Assembly: GCA_024704765.1 (NCBI GenBank)
Contig: JAKMXF010000166.1
Span: 186,001 to 250,000, forward strand
DNA length: 64,000 nt
Reading direction: 5' to 3'
Source of the DNA: Oopsacas minuta
Taxonomy: Eukaryota > Animalia > Porifera
This document shows positions 35,383 to 45,400 of this stretch, piece by piece. Below the pieces are notes generated by a model. That model ran no database searches and had not been told where the DNA came from. It was given only the letters and a program-made list of their open reading frames with translations. A program made the position numbers and the translations under genes. The stretch's first letter is position 1; each line of letters begins with the position of its first letter.

Positions 35383-37830
35383 ATGGCTTATCTACTTGAA
35401 GAAAGTTACCGATCCAATGAGTGGAGCGTCAATAACCCTAGATCCCTATTGATGCCATTTGGTAGTGATTTACATACTTGTCCAATAACCGAGGAAAGTT
35501 ATGATGTTTTACAATCCACAGACGTTGGCACTCCAGATCCTCTTATAGGAACATTGGCACCTTTTGATGATTCATCTAGGTCCGTAGAAGATAGGGACAT
35601 AACAATTAACATTGATCCTGAAGAGCGTATTAGAGGAGAAACAGTAGACAATGAGTATTTTCTGCTAGAAAGTGTTGTACGAGATGAAAAGTTATTATAT
35701 CCACAAACTCTGAAAGCCCAGAATTACAGAATTGAGGATATTGCTATCTATGTGCATCATAGTCAGAATTATTTTAATCCGAAACATCATCCAGGATCTA
35801 ACATAAGCAAGAAGGCTTATAAGATCCTGTACCATCCCATAATGTACTATGTAGATTGGTTCATAAGTTTCTTTCTACTTCTACTCGCTGGTATTGAACA
35901 TCCTTTCTATGAACTCTTAGAACCAGATGAATCAAAATTAAAAATCTTTGCAGCTGTGTTAGAATCTTTGATTATTGCATATTTCACATTTGACTTGGGA
36001 CTTCGTTTTTTCTGGCTTGGTGTGAAGCGTTATTTGAGACAGAAAATAACATTAGCTCGTTTGATTGGTGTGATATTAATCACTATTGATTTCATATTGG
36101 CTCTGTCAATACCGTGGTATTACCAACATCGTTTCCTGAGAACTTGTCGACCTATCCTCTTTCTAACTTCTCACTTGAATCGAAATATTCGAAATGTTGT
36201 GAATCAACTCCTAAACTCGATTCGTCGTATCCTTGATCTCTATGTTCTGTACTTAGTTTTCGTTGTAATATTTTCATTATTGGCATACAATATACTAGGG
36301 GAAATCGATGTAGCAAATTATGGAACATTCCCTGATAGCTTCATTACAATGTTCGCACTATCAACCACTGTTAATTATCCTGACGTAATGCTACCCGCCT
36401 TAGAAAATTGTCTTTTATATTTCCTTCTATTCTTCCCTTTCCTCTCATTTGGGATTTATGTTCTTACGAATCTTCTGCTTGCGATTGTGAAAGATCATTT
36501 TAGCAGACTCGAAAAGGAGAAATTAAAACAGCTGCTGGAGTTCCGTAGAGTTTCCCTGCTTCGCGCGTTCCACTTAGGAACCCAGCTCTCTGCTTCAGAA
36601 TGGGACTATTCCCTATTTAGGCGTGTTATGTTATCTATATCTAAAACGATATCTGAGAAACAATGCCTACTCATGTTTAAAGTTCTTGATCGTCATGGCA
36701 ATCAAAAGTTAAGTTGGAAGGAATTTAAACAGTTGTCGAATGTCATGTCAATGAGGTGGCGTAGATCTGACTTAACAAATATCAACAAAATGTGGCATAG
36801 AATGATACCGATCAGACTTCTAAGGAGGGTTTCGGAATACACTTACGTCTTGGTTTCATCATTCATCTTTAAATTCATAATAAACCTTGTGATTTTAACC
36901 AACTGTGCGTTGCTAATTATTGAGACTTTAGTATATAACACTCCACAACATTCAGATTCAGAGAGTGGATTTATATACGAGGGTGCTTTTTTCCTCCCAA
37001 TCTATTTCCTAGAGTTCTGTTTACAGATTGTTGGTTTTGGTCCATTTTACTATTTCACTCATGGATGGCATGTATTCGATTTTATCATCTTGTTTTCCTC
37101 TATTATTGCATCAGGATTTGGATTGACTTACATAACAGTGCTGAGAACATTCCGTCTTCTAAGAGTACTGAAAGCTAAAAACAGCTTTAGGCGGATTTTC
37201 ACGATTATATCTTTGAGTATTCCTAAACTAATGCGATTCGTTATATCAATATGTCTTGCATTCTACGTGTATGCTATTCTTGGTATGTGTTTATATGCTG
37301 GTAAATTGAGGGATTGTAGCTTTAATGAATTGGATCTTCCTGAGTACAACCCTGATTGTGGAGAGGAGTACGACTATCAAAAGAATCCACCAGACGGTTT
37401 GTATTATTTAGTGAATTTCAATGACATCTTACATTCATTTATAACTTTATTCATATTAATGATTGTTAATAACTGGCAAGTGGTGGCGAAGGGGTATATC
37501 GCGATTACAGGCACTTATAGTTATTTATTTTTCATTTTCTTTTATCTATTTGTGGTTTTGGTTATCACGAATGTAACTGCGGCTTTTGTTCTCGATCTAT
37601 ATGATAGTATATCCACTACATTGGGTAAATCATTCACTGTACGTGTAAGCTTGAGTAAGAAGGTTTTGGAGAGATTTGGAATACATGAGAACATTGAAGG
37701 AGATGAAGTGGAGTATGTGGGTAGGAGGAAATTGGGTCAATTCGATTCTCTTATGCTACTCTATCAATCTGAAGATTGGGTGCAGGAGGATGAAATATCT
37801 CCTATCGGAGACTTTTATATTCAACACTGA
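35383..37830 (+). CDS. Two-pore channel (TPC), copy 2, 815 aa
   Basis: As copy 1, differing mainly in the IIS1-S2 and IIS3-S4 loops. Confidence 0.93.
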   Translation: MAYLLEESYRSNEWSVNNPRSLLMPFGSDLHTCPITEESYDVLQSTDVGTPDPLIGTLAPFDDSSRSVEDRDITINIDPEERIRGETVDNEYFLLESVVRDEKLLYPQTLKAQNYRIEDIAIYVHHSQNYFNPKHHPGSNISKKAYKILYHPIMYYVDWFISFFLLLLAGIEHPFYELLEPDESKLKIFAAVLESLIIAYFTFDLGLRFFWLGVKRYLRQKITLARLIGVILITIDFILALSIPWYYQHRFLRTCRPILFLTSHLNRNIRNVVNQLLNSIRRILDLYVLYLVFVVIFSLLAYNILGEIDVANYGTFPDSFITMFALSTTVNYPDVMLPALENCLLYFLLFFPFLSFGIYVLTNLLLAIVKDHFSRLEKEKLKQLLEFRRVSLLRAFHLGTQLSASEWDYSLFRRVMLSISKTISEKQCLLMFKVLDRHGNQKLSWKEFKQLSNVMSMRWRRSDLTNINKMWHRMIPIRLLRRVSEYTYVLVSSFIFKFIINLVILTNCALLIIETLVYNTPQHSDSESGFIYEGAFFLPIYFLEFCLQIVGFGPFYYFTHGWHVFDFIILFSSIIASGFGLTYITVLRTFRLLRVLKAKNSFRRIFTIISLSIPKLMRFVISICLAFYVYAILGMCLYAGKLRDCSFNELDLPEYNPDCGEEYDYQKNPPDGLYYLVNFNDILHSFITLFILMIVNNWQVVAKGYIAITGTYSYLFFIFFYLFVVLVITNVTAAFVLDLYDSISTTLGKSFTVRVSLSKKVLERFGIHENIEGDEVEYVGRRKLGQFDSLMLLYQSEDWVQEDEISPIGDFYIQH

Positions 37831-38244
37831 TATCGCGGAATTTGCATGCTATTTTTCAAACCGAACTTTTTCTTCGAAGTTTTATACTAATCTTATGAAT
37901 TATACTTTTATTGATACGTATTGGATATTTTGTGATATTTGTATATACTCAGATCATAATTGTTAATATTGTATTGAATTTGATGTTTACTTGTTTTCTT
38001 ATTTTATCTACGTTTTATTTAATAAGTTTCGTTAATAGCAGGATGGAATGTTTCAGTTTTTCTATACAGGCCGCTAAAAGGCTGTCGATTCAGTGTTGTG
38101 TATATTTAACACTAGAGTTATCTCTCTATACATAGCTGCTACCTGTAATAACTACGTCCATCTTGACCACTACGTTATTGCGGTTGTTAATATTCCACTG
38201 TGGATAATTACGTTAATTTTACATTTGTAGTTATAAATACTTGC

Positions 38245-38736
38245 ATGGCTTACAGACTTCTGTTGCGTAACATAACTAATATAAAGCCAATATATTCTCC
38301 AATTCTACCAGCTTTACAAACCAAATTTTACTTCTCTGAAAAATCGGTTATTCCACTCACAGAAACAATCACACTAGATACTCCTGTATCCCTTAAGGAG
38401 TTAAATGGTTTGCCACCTAACCACGTGTCACGCTATGTTGTCATATCCAAACCTGCTCGTTGTACCATGCAAAGTGGTACAGAAGGGACACATAATTGGA
38501 GGATAGAATTTGAGACACAACAGAGATGGGAGAATCCTGTTATGGGCTGGGCATCTACTGGGGATCCGTTATCTAACATGGTATTAGATTTCTCTAGTAA
38601 AGAGGCTGCTATGAATTTCGCTGTTGAGAATGGTTGGAAGTATAAAGTTAAAGAACCAGCTGTAGTTCTCCCAAGAAAGAAGTCATATGCTGCTAACTTC
38701 TCTTGGAACAAGAAAACTCGTGTTACGAATAAATGA
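38245..38736 (+). CDS. NDUFS4: NADH:ubiquinone oxidoreductase subunit S4
   Basis: ISKPARCTMQSG...W..EF....RWENPVMGWASTGDPLSNMVLDFSSKEAA..FA..NGW.Y...KKSYAANFSWNK. ATG at 38245. Confidence 0.96.
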   Translation: MAYRLLLRNITNIKPIYSPILPALQTKFYFSEKSVIPLTETITLDTPVSLKELNGLPPNHVSRYVVISKPARCTMQSGTEGTHNWRIEFETQQRWENPVMGWASTGDPLSNMVLDFSSKEAAMNFAVENGWKYKVKEPAVVLPRKKSYAANFSWNKKTRVTNK

Positions 38737-39207
38737 CAGCATTGTATTACATTTATTACTGTATGTATGTACGAATAATATCAGTTATTATACAGCAGAC
38801 TTTATCTCAGGGAGTATAGGTTTATACTACTATCCTGAGTATGTAACCAATGCAAATTTGAAAAGATTGATTTGAATGATGAAATTTCTTATTTCATTAC
38901 TCAATATAGCATCCTATGTTACAACAAACTATACTTTTCTAATATTTATTTATTAACACTGAACTAAATAGTGTCATATTTATCATTTATTTCCCATTAT
39001 ATTTAGGATAAATCATATTCTTCGAAAAGTTTCAAATATTAATATACAGCCTATTTATAATCACCTATCACCTCAAAATATTGCAAATCACAATAATAAA
39101 ATTATCATACCGTTATCTCATAACAAGATATTTCCAATTTTGTATAAATAGATAAAAAAAGAACGAACTTATCTTATCACAACTTGTATTAATTTATTAT
39201 TAGAATA

Positions 39208-39891
39208 ATGCGAGGAACTAGTAAAAGTAGATATCCTCAAGGCCATGTGGTATGGGATAATTTCATGTCTAATCTATCTATTTTGGATCAGTCTACACTA
39301 AACACACCGGAAACTGCTGAGACCAAATCTGGATCGAATTCAAATGATTTATCATATCTATTCGATAATGCAAAATTCGATATGTGTGGTGAATTGAATG
39401 ATTATTGTCCAACTTTATCGCTAGACCTGAAACGAATACAAACTAATAATGATAAGTTAGAAATTCCACAATTCAAATACAAAGATTTTACAGTTGAAAC
39501 AAACAATGTAACCACACAAACTTTCAGTACAACATATGATCCAGGAGATGGTAACCCTCTTTGCTCCACCCCACAAGGGAAAGAAATTTCACTTTTTGAT
39601 GTGACAAGAGATGGGATAAAACCAAGACAACTTTTTGATGACTCGTTCAGTTTTGTGGTAAATGAATCTTTTCTAAAACTTCTAGATGTAAGTGAAGAAC
39701 ATGGAAATCCTGAGGAGAGTGGGGAAACTTCATCTTCATTGTCCAATTCACTTTCAAATAGCGACTTAGTTACCATGGATAATAACCAGAATTTGTTGCT
39801 AGAACACACGACTGATGCTTCTTTATTAAGTGATAGTTTTTGGATAACTGCAGGGCAGATAGCTGAAGTAGATGTTAAGACTAAAAGTTGA
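39208..39891 (+). CDS. Uncharacterised acidic S/T-rich, probably disordered protein, 227 aa
   Basis: 684-bp ATG-initiated ORF in AT-rich DNA with the same upstream acceptor context as its neighbours; no recognised domain. Confidence 0.65.
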   Translation: MRGTSKSRYPQGHVVWDNFMSNLSILDQSTLNTPETAETKSGSNSNDLSYLFDNAKFDMCGELNDYCPTLSLDLKRIQTNNDKLEIPQFKYKDFTVETNNVTTQTFSTTYDPGDGNPLCSTPQGKEISLFDVTRDGIKPRQLFDDSFSFVVNESFLKLLDVSEEHGNPEESGETSSSLSNSLSNSDLVTMDNNQNLLLEHTTDASLLSDSFWITAGQIAEVDVKTKS

Positions 39892-40128
39892 TAATTTTAT
39901 AGTTTTTTACTTGGCCTACCACTGTTTCTCTTTTCGCATTAATTCAAACATATTTCACTCTTTAAACTCTTTAATTACTAACAACCCTTCAATGCTTTCG
40001 AATGACGGACACTCGCTTGGAGACATTTCGTCCGGAATACTGACAATTCGTAATTTCTCATCAAAAATAAAAAGTTAAGAGACGAAATGTCTTACAACAG
40101 AGCTTCCAATTATTATACTCTTTCTCCT

Positions 40129-40231
40129 CAGTTGAATATCCGGTTATATCTAACACGGATATATCGAATACTCACTTATATCGTAGTAATTATCGAGGTA
40201 ACTTGAGCTTTGGTATAACAGGAGTTGACTG
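40129..40231. mobile_element. Short degenerate MITE
   Basis: CAGTTGAATATCCGGTTATA... / ...TATAACAGGAGTTGACTG followed by TA; imperfect Tigger-like TIRs. Confidence 0.5.
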
Positions 40232-40329
40232 TAATACAAAGCCTGTTATACTTATAAATAATGGTGATACATAATATTAGTGTAAATAAATTAGAGTATA
40301 CATATATCAGCTGGTAAGAGTTCATAACA

Positions 40330-41940
40330 TCAGGTATGATTCAGGTTTGTAAATACTTGTAGTAATAGATTATTCTCTTTCAGAATTTTCTTAGATTTCA
40401 GTTCTTCTCCAATATTTAAGATACGAGACAGAGACATACTTGTACCTTTATCTCTAGGAGATCCTACTTGAAAAAAACTACCATTCAGTCCAGTAATTAG
40501 ATCAACATTAAAGCTACTACATACTTCAGTGTTAGGGTCATGCATTAGTGCGAAACCTAGCTCCTTCAAGGGATCCTTGCGTTTTTTCGAATCTTCAATC
40601 CAAACATGTAACGGCAATTCAATTCGTTTTGATAATACAAACGAGTTAGTATTTCCTACTTCTTCATTTTTATCATCAGGTTCAGGTGGCCTCAGGTCAG
40701 CTCTAATTTTCTCAATAGAATCTCTATTATTCTGAAATAAAACAATTGACGGATGTGACTTGTTGAACGCAGAATAACCAGTAATGTCTCCCTCATAGAA
40801 AGCATTAAAAATGCCTAATACAGCTTTCGGATGGTTACGAATAACTTCATTTAAATACTCTACAAGTTCTGAGCTAGATTTCCACTGTCCTGTATTTATT
40901 TCATACTTATTCTTCTCTCCGTCCCATCGTACACCTGCATCAGCATTAACTACAATATACACATCTTCTCCTAATCTTAATTCTAATTCCTTAGCTGTCT
41001 CTGTCAATAACTCTATTCCTTGTTCTAATTTATCAATATTGTATTTGATAGCTCCATCATACATTAGTGGAGAAGTTAACTTCACTGAATGTTTGAGTTT
41101 ATCGTAGAATGTTTTAGCGTATTTGAGTGCATCGAGTAGTTGTATGTTAGGTGATATTGTTATGAAGAAATCTGCTATGTTAGACTTACCGCCTCTACCA
41201 TCTAGCATATGATACATAGGATGTGGTATTGTATATTTGTTCGCTATTTCCTCTGTCCCTATACCTGCTATAGTCTGATATAGAGGTGTACTAGTTGTAT
41301 TGGATAGTCCTGTTATGAGAGATTGTGATAGAGCCAGGAGTATGCTAGGTTGAATATGCTGTGAGTTGGTAGAGACAGAAATTAGAGCTTCTTTCAGAGA
41401 GTTTAGGTTCTTCTCTCCTAATGTTGTACTGAATAGTTTGATAATATCCTCAATACTCATAGTTTGAGGTGGTGGTACATGTTCTGGAGATGTCTGACTC
41501 TGAGGTTCTAGATTGTGTTTGCTGGTAGTAATTGAAGAATTCGAGTGACTCAAACTGTTTTCTAAATCGATAAAACAGAAATTATCCGACACGGTAGATT
41601 CTGCTACAAGCTCACATTCTCCTTTTACAATCGCAAAAAGTAACACTTTAGTGGCTGGGTTGCAGTTGGCATCAATTGCCTTTACAGATTCAAAATGATC
41701 GATAATGGGATTCAATGCACGAGATGAAAAGAATCTGGTTATATAACCATTCGTGTCCTTTGGTTGTTTGAAGAACATCTCATTGAGGAGGATTTGTATT
41801 GCTTGAGGAACATTATTTTCCTGGTAGTAGAGAGCTGCTTCTTGACTCAGCTGTTTCCGCTTTTCAACACTTACCTTATCTTCTTCAGAAATAGCAAGTG
41901 AAGCAGGGGTGTTACTCTTCTTGCCTTTTTTATTACTCAT
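40330..41940 (-). CDS. ENO4: Enolase 4 (enolase-like, N-terminal docking-type helix pair)
   Basis: QEAALYYQENNVPQAIQILLNEMFFKQPKD matches the ENO4 N-terminus; degenerate enolase fold (VDLITGLNGSFFQVG...LSRILNIGEEL). Confidence 0.85.
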   Translation of the reverse strand: MSNKKGKKSNTPASLAISEEDKVSVEKRKQLSQEAALYYQENNVPQAIQILLNEMFFKQPKDTNGYITRFFSSRALNPIIDHFESVKAIDANCNPATKVLLFAIVKGECELVAESTVSDNFCFIDLENSLSHSNSSITTSKHNLEPQSQTSPEHVPPPQTMSIEDIIKLFSTTLGEKNLNSLKEALISVSTNSQHIQPSILLALSQSLITGLSNTTSTPLYQTIAGIGTEEIANKYTIPHPMYHMLDGRGGKSNIADFFITISPNIQLLDALKYAKTFYDKLKHSVKLTSPLMYDGAIKYNIDKLEQGIELLTETAKELELRLGEDVYIVVNADAGVRWDGEKNKYEINTGQWKSSSELVEYLNEVIRNHPKAVLGIFNAFYEGDITGYSAFNKSHPSIVLFQNNRDSIEKIRADLRPPEPDDKNEEVGNTNSFVLSKRIELPLHVWIEDSKKRKDPLKELGFALMHDPNTEVCSSFNVDLITGLNGSFFQVGSPRDKGTSMSLSRILNIGEELKSKKILKENNLLLQVFTNLNHT

Positions 41941-42476
41941 TTTTCTAATATTTTAGGGAAGATTAGGGTTTAAAGATATTAACACTCCTATTGTTAAGAG
42001 AGTTGGTGATGGATAATTGATAAAAGAATGTGTAAATTTCGCGTTTCTGCTCTACGCACGGTAGAAACCCGAGATTATTATAGTTATTAACTAATTATTC
42101 GTGCCAAGGATGTGTTAACATTTCAGGTTTCTATTGTAATAGCAAAATCCGCATATTAGCAACTTTTATCATCGACATAGAGTGCCTTTTTGAATGGTAA
42201 ATAGTACGCATAATAGCAAATTCGTGTATTAGCTAGGAAAATTCACACAAATATGATTTGCTAATAGATGATCACTGCTGTATACCGTAAATGAATTATA
42301 AGCTCAGACACTCAGCATAATCCGGACACGTTTCAAAAACATACGTATCAAGGATATAGAGAATTAGAGATATTAGTTTCGGTTAATTAATTGGGATATT
42401 CATTCCTGTAATAAACTTGTACTAGGAGCATACCCAATTTTATCTATAATGTTAGCTTACAACTCGAAGGTTTTAG

Positions 42477-45400
42477 ATGGAAGCTAGACACTGGTGGTTA
42501 GTCAATAGGATTCAAGAAACATTCAAGTTTGGCATTAATGACAGCCCGGTGCTCTATGAACAATTCCTCGCGGATCCTTCCCACATTTGTGAAATAAACA
42601 AATTCCTCTCTGCACAGGGCTGTAGACTCCTCATCTTCTATGACGTATTCTCTGACGACACACCTAGCTCTAGAGAACTGAGAGTAGTGACTGAGCCAAC
42701 TCCAGAAGTTGACATATACCAGGAGTCAAATTTAGCTGCTGTGTTCTTCCGTCCTGAGGTTTTGACAGAGGAGCTGGACCTTACCAGTCTCCAACAGGAT
42801 GTAATGTGTGTAGAGCTAAAACTCAATGATCTCACAGCTATGCTTGCATTGATTACTCAGTTATATTTGCCTATGGTTGAACAAGAAGCCTTAACTCGAC
42901 AAACTATTCCACAACATGAAATAGAAAATTATAGGAGATCTGTTGATGAACATTTACAAGAGCTCACTACCCTCGTAGAAAAGGCAGATCCTCATTTAAC
43001 TATTCTAACTCCACACACAAAGTTTATAAGAGATCCTAACTGGAGGAATTCCCCTATGGCTCCTGATATATGTACTACCATGCTACAAGACTGGCTGCCT
43101 ACTATTCACTCGCATTTGACAGATGTAATTGACACGCCAAGTATGGAGGTAGATACACAGAGCTCTCCTATGGAAGAACTAAGGAAATGGAATGCAAGGC
43201 AAAGACTGTTTACTTCTATCCTCAAACAAATGCGTGGACAAGAAATTAAATCTACCGTAAAACTTCTAACAACCTCAAAGCCTGATTTAGTTCATATGTG
43301 GGGAGAAGCTGAAAATCAAGTTATTCACATTAACTCTGTTGCTAAAAACAAAGTTATCTTCCTCAATACGATCAATAATCATTTTTCTACCATGCTACAC
43401 TGTTCATCCATAGAATCTTTGAATACTAATTTATCTACTATCAACTCTAATCCAGGTTTTTTCCTGGGTTTTCAATTACCGAGCCAATGCGGCTATTTAG
43501 GCTACATATATTATAAACTTGTTTGTACTGCGATTAAGCTGTCTGCTACGTTACTACTTACTACCAAACCAGTGATGTCATCATGGTTCTTATTGGATGC
43601 TAATAAAGGTAGTGAAAATTATCCAAAGTTTTTAAAGTCTCTAAGTGAAATATTGAAATTGGAGGAAAATCTTGTACAACATTTTGAGCTATTGAAAGAA
43701 AAGGGTCTATTACATAATGTCTCTACCCTATCTACTAAGACCAGAGAAGTATTTGAAGATCAAAATATTTACAAGGAGTTCTCCAGCACACAAACTCTCC
43801 TCTCACCGCTGAGAGATTATACACAACATATACATTCGTTATTGAATTTATCAAATGAAATTAGCAAATTAGGTAAGCTGGCTATTCGTCTTATGCCATA
43901 TCCTTACATTCCTGATATTATATGGAAGGATAATCCTATTATAATATCATCAAAAAGTTCGATTATGATAAACATATCTGATGATGAAGATGAGTTTTTT
44001 CAAGATAACCCTCCAGTTATTTTGCGTAAGAAGCGACCAATCGGTTCCGGGAAGATGGGGATATTGCTTGAAGTTGATGAAGAGAAAAACCTTGACACTC
44101 CAGTACGATCTATACAGAATACTGATTCAGATGACTCAAGTGAGATAACAGAATGTGATCAACTACGAGAAATTAGTCAGCGATTATATTCTAATTCTTC
44201 TGATCAGATATCCAGTTGGTTGGACAATAACCTCATGTATGCTTATGAAGAACTTCCTAAAGGTCCTGAATTCCTATTCGGACCTAATAGCTCTAACTAT
44301 GAGTCTTTTGATAAGATTTTAAGCTGTATTCTAACATCTATAGAGGTATTGAATGGTAACATAGAATTGACAATTACTGAGCTGACAAATTGTCAGTTTT
44401 CTATGTACGAACAGCTGTCATTAATTGATATATTCAACGAATGGGCTGTAGTTCAAAAAGCTGCAGAATTTAGTAAGTCATACTTGAGTAAGGCGTTTAG
44501 TCAAACTGAAGAGAAGATATTCTCTATAGAACGGAGATTTTTAGATGAGAAATTCAGTCCATCTAAACTCATTGATGTTACCCGAGTTTCTGAATCAGTA
44601 CGCTGGTCTAGACTTCTTCTCGAGAAAGTAGAACAACCAATGCAAAGGTTATCCAAATACGAATTAGTTCTGAAGAACCCAGAATACGTAGAAACATTTA
44701 GCAAATACAATACATTCAGATCTGATTTGAAGCATTATGAAAAGATTTGGGTAAAGTTTTGTCATGAAGCTATCAAAGAAATTGAGAAACAACAACAAAA
44801 TAAATTACTCGTTATTCCACAAGAAAATGAGCTAATCAGAATTAACCTGAACCCTATTATTTTCATAGCAATTCGTGAGCTAAAATCTCTTGTCAAACTT
44901 GGTATCAGAGATGTGTATAAGAGACAGATCATACCAGTTAAATCTCAAGAGTTGCTTTTCAATGAAGAACGTTTAAAAGGAAATTTTGACCGATTAAACT
45001 TATTAAAATGTGAATTCTTAAAATTTTATTCTCAGATCCCTGAATATCTCATTCCACTTTACGAACCAAGACTGAAATTATTTCTCAAATCTCTACAACC
45101 TGGCTGGACACACCTGAATTGGAAAAATATAAATTTAGACATATTCTTTGAAGCAGCGAATCGAGAATTAACTAAATTGAATATTTCCTTGAAAGAAGTT
45201 TCATTCGACATTTCTTTCGCTAAAGATACATTTCAATCAAATTTACAGAATTTACCTTCAGTTCTGAATAATGTTTTAACATCAGATTCGAGTTTTACTA
45301 TTGAGCAATTCCAGTCACAAATCACAAATTTCACAGATAAAGCCCGATCTAAAATGGAAAATCATTTGCAAACATTTCACTTCATCATTTGTCGATCTTA

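Larger units (their letters stand above)
31887..38499 (+). repeat. Direct tandem duplication, two 3305-bp units (31887-35194 and 35192-38499)
   Basis: Constant 3305-bp offset. The junction at 35192-35194 (TGG microhomology) joins NDUFS4 coding sequence to the TPC upstream region. Confidence 0.93.

Noticed and set aside
34371-38135. Duplicated small ORFs 34371-34661/37676-37966 and 34606-34830/37911-38135
   Set aside because: Present twice only because they lie in the 3305-bp duplication; low-complexity AT-rich 3' UTR or intergenic sequence.
31887-38499. Tandem duplication as a pure assembly artefact of two alleles
   Set aside because: Not fully excludable without reads. However, a microhomology junction inside NDUFS4 and a dense, mostly non-synonymous divergent tract are not what uncollapsed alleles usually look like.
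41941-42476. RFX X-box in the ENO4/dynein gap
   Set aside because: Only half-sites (TTAGCAAC). The repeated AATAGCAAA/TTTGCTAATAG at about 42194-42289 look more like remnants of a small inverted-repeat element.
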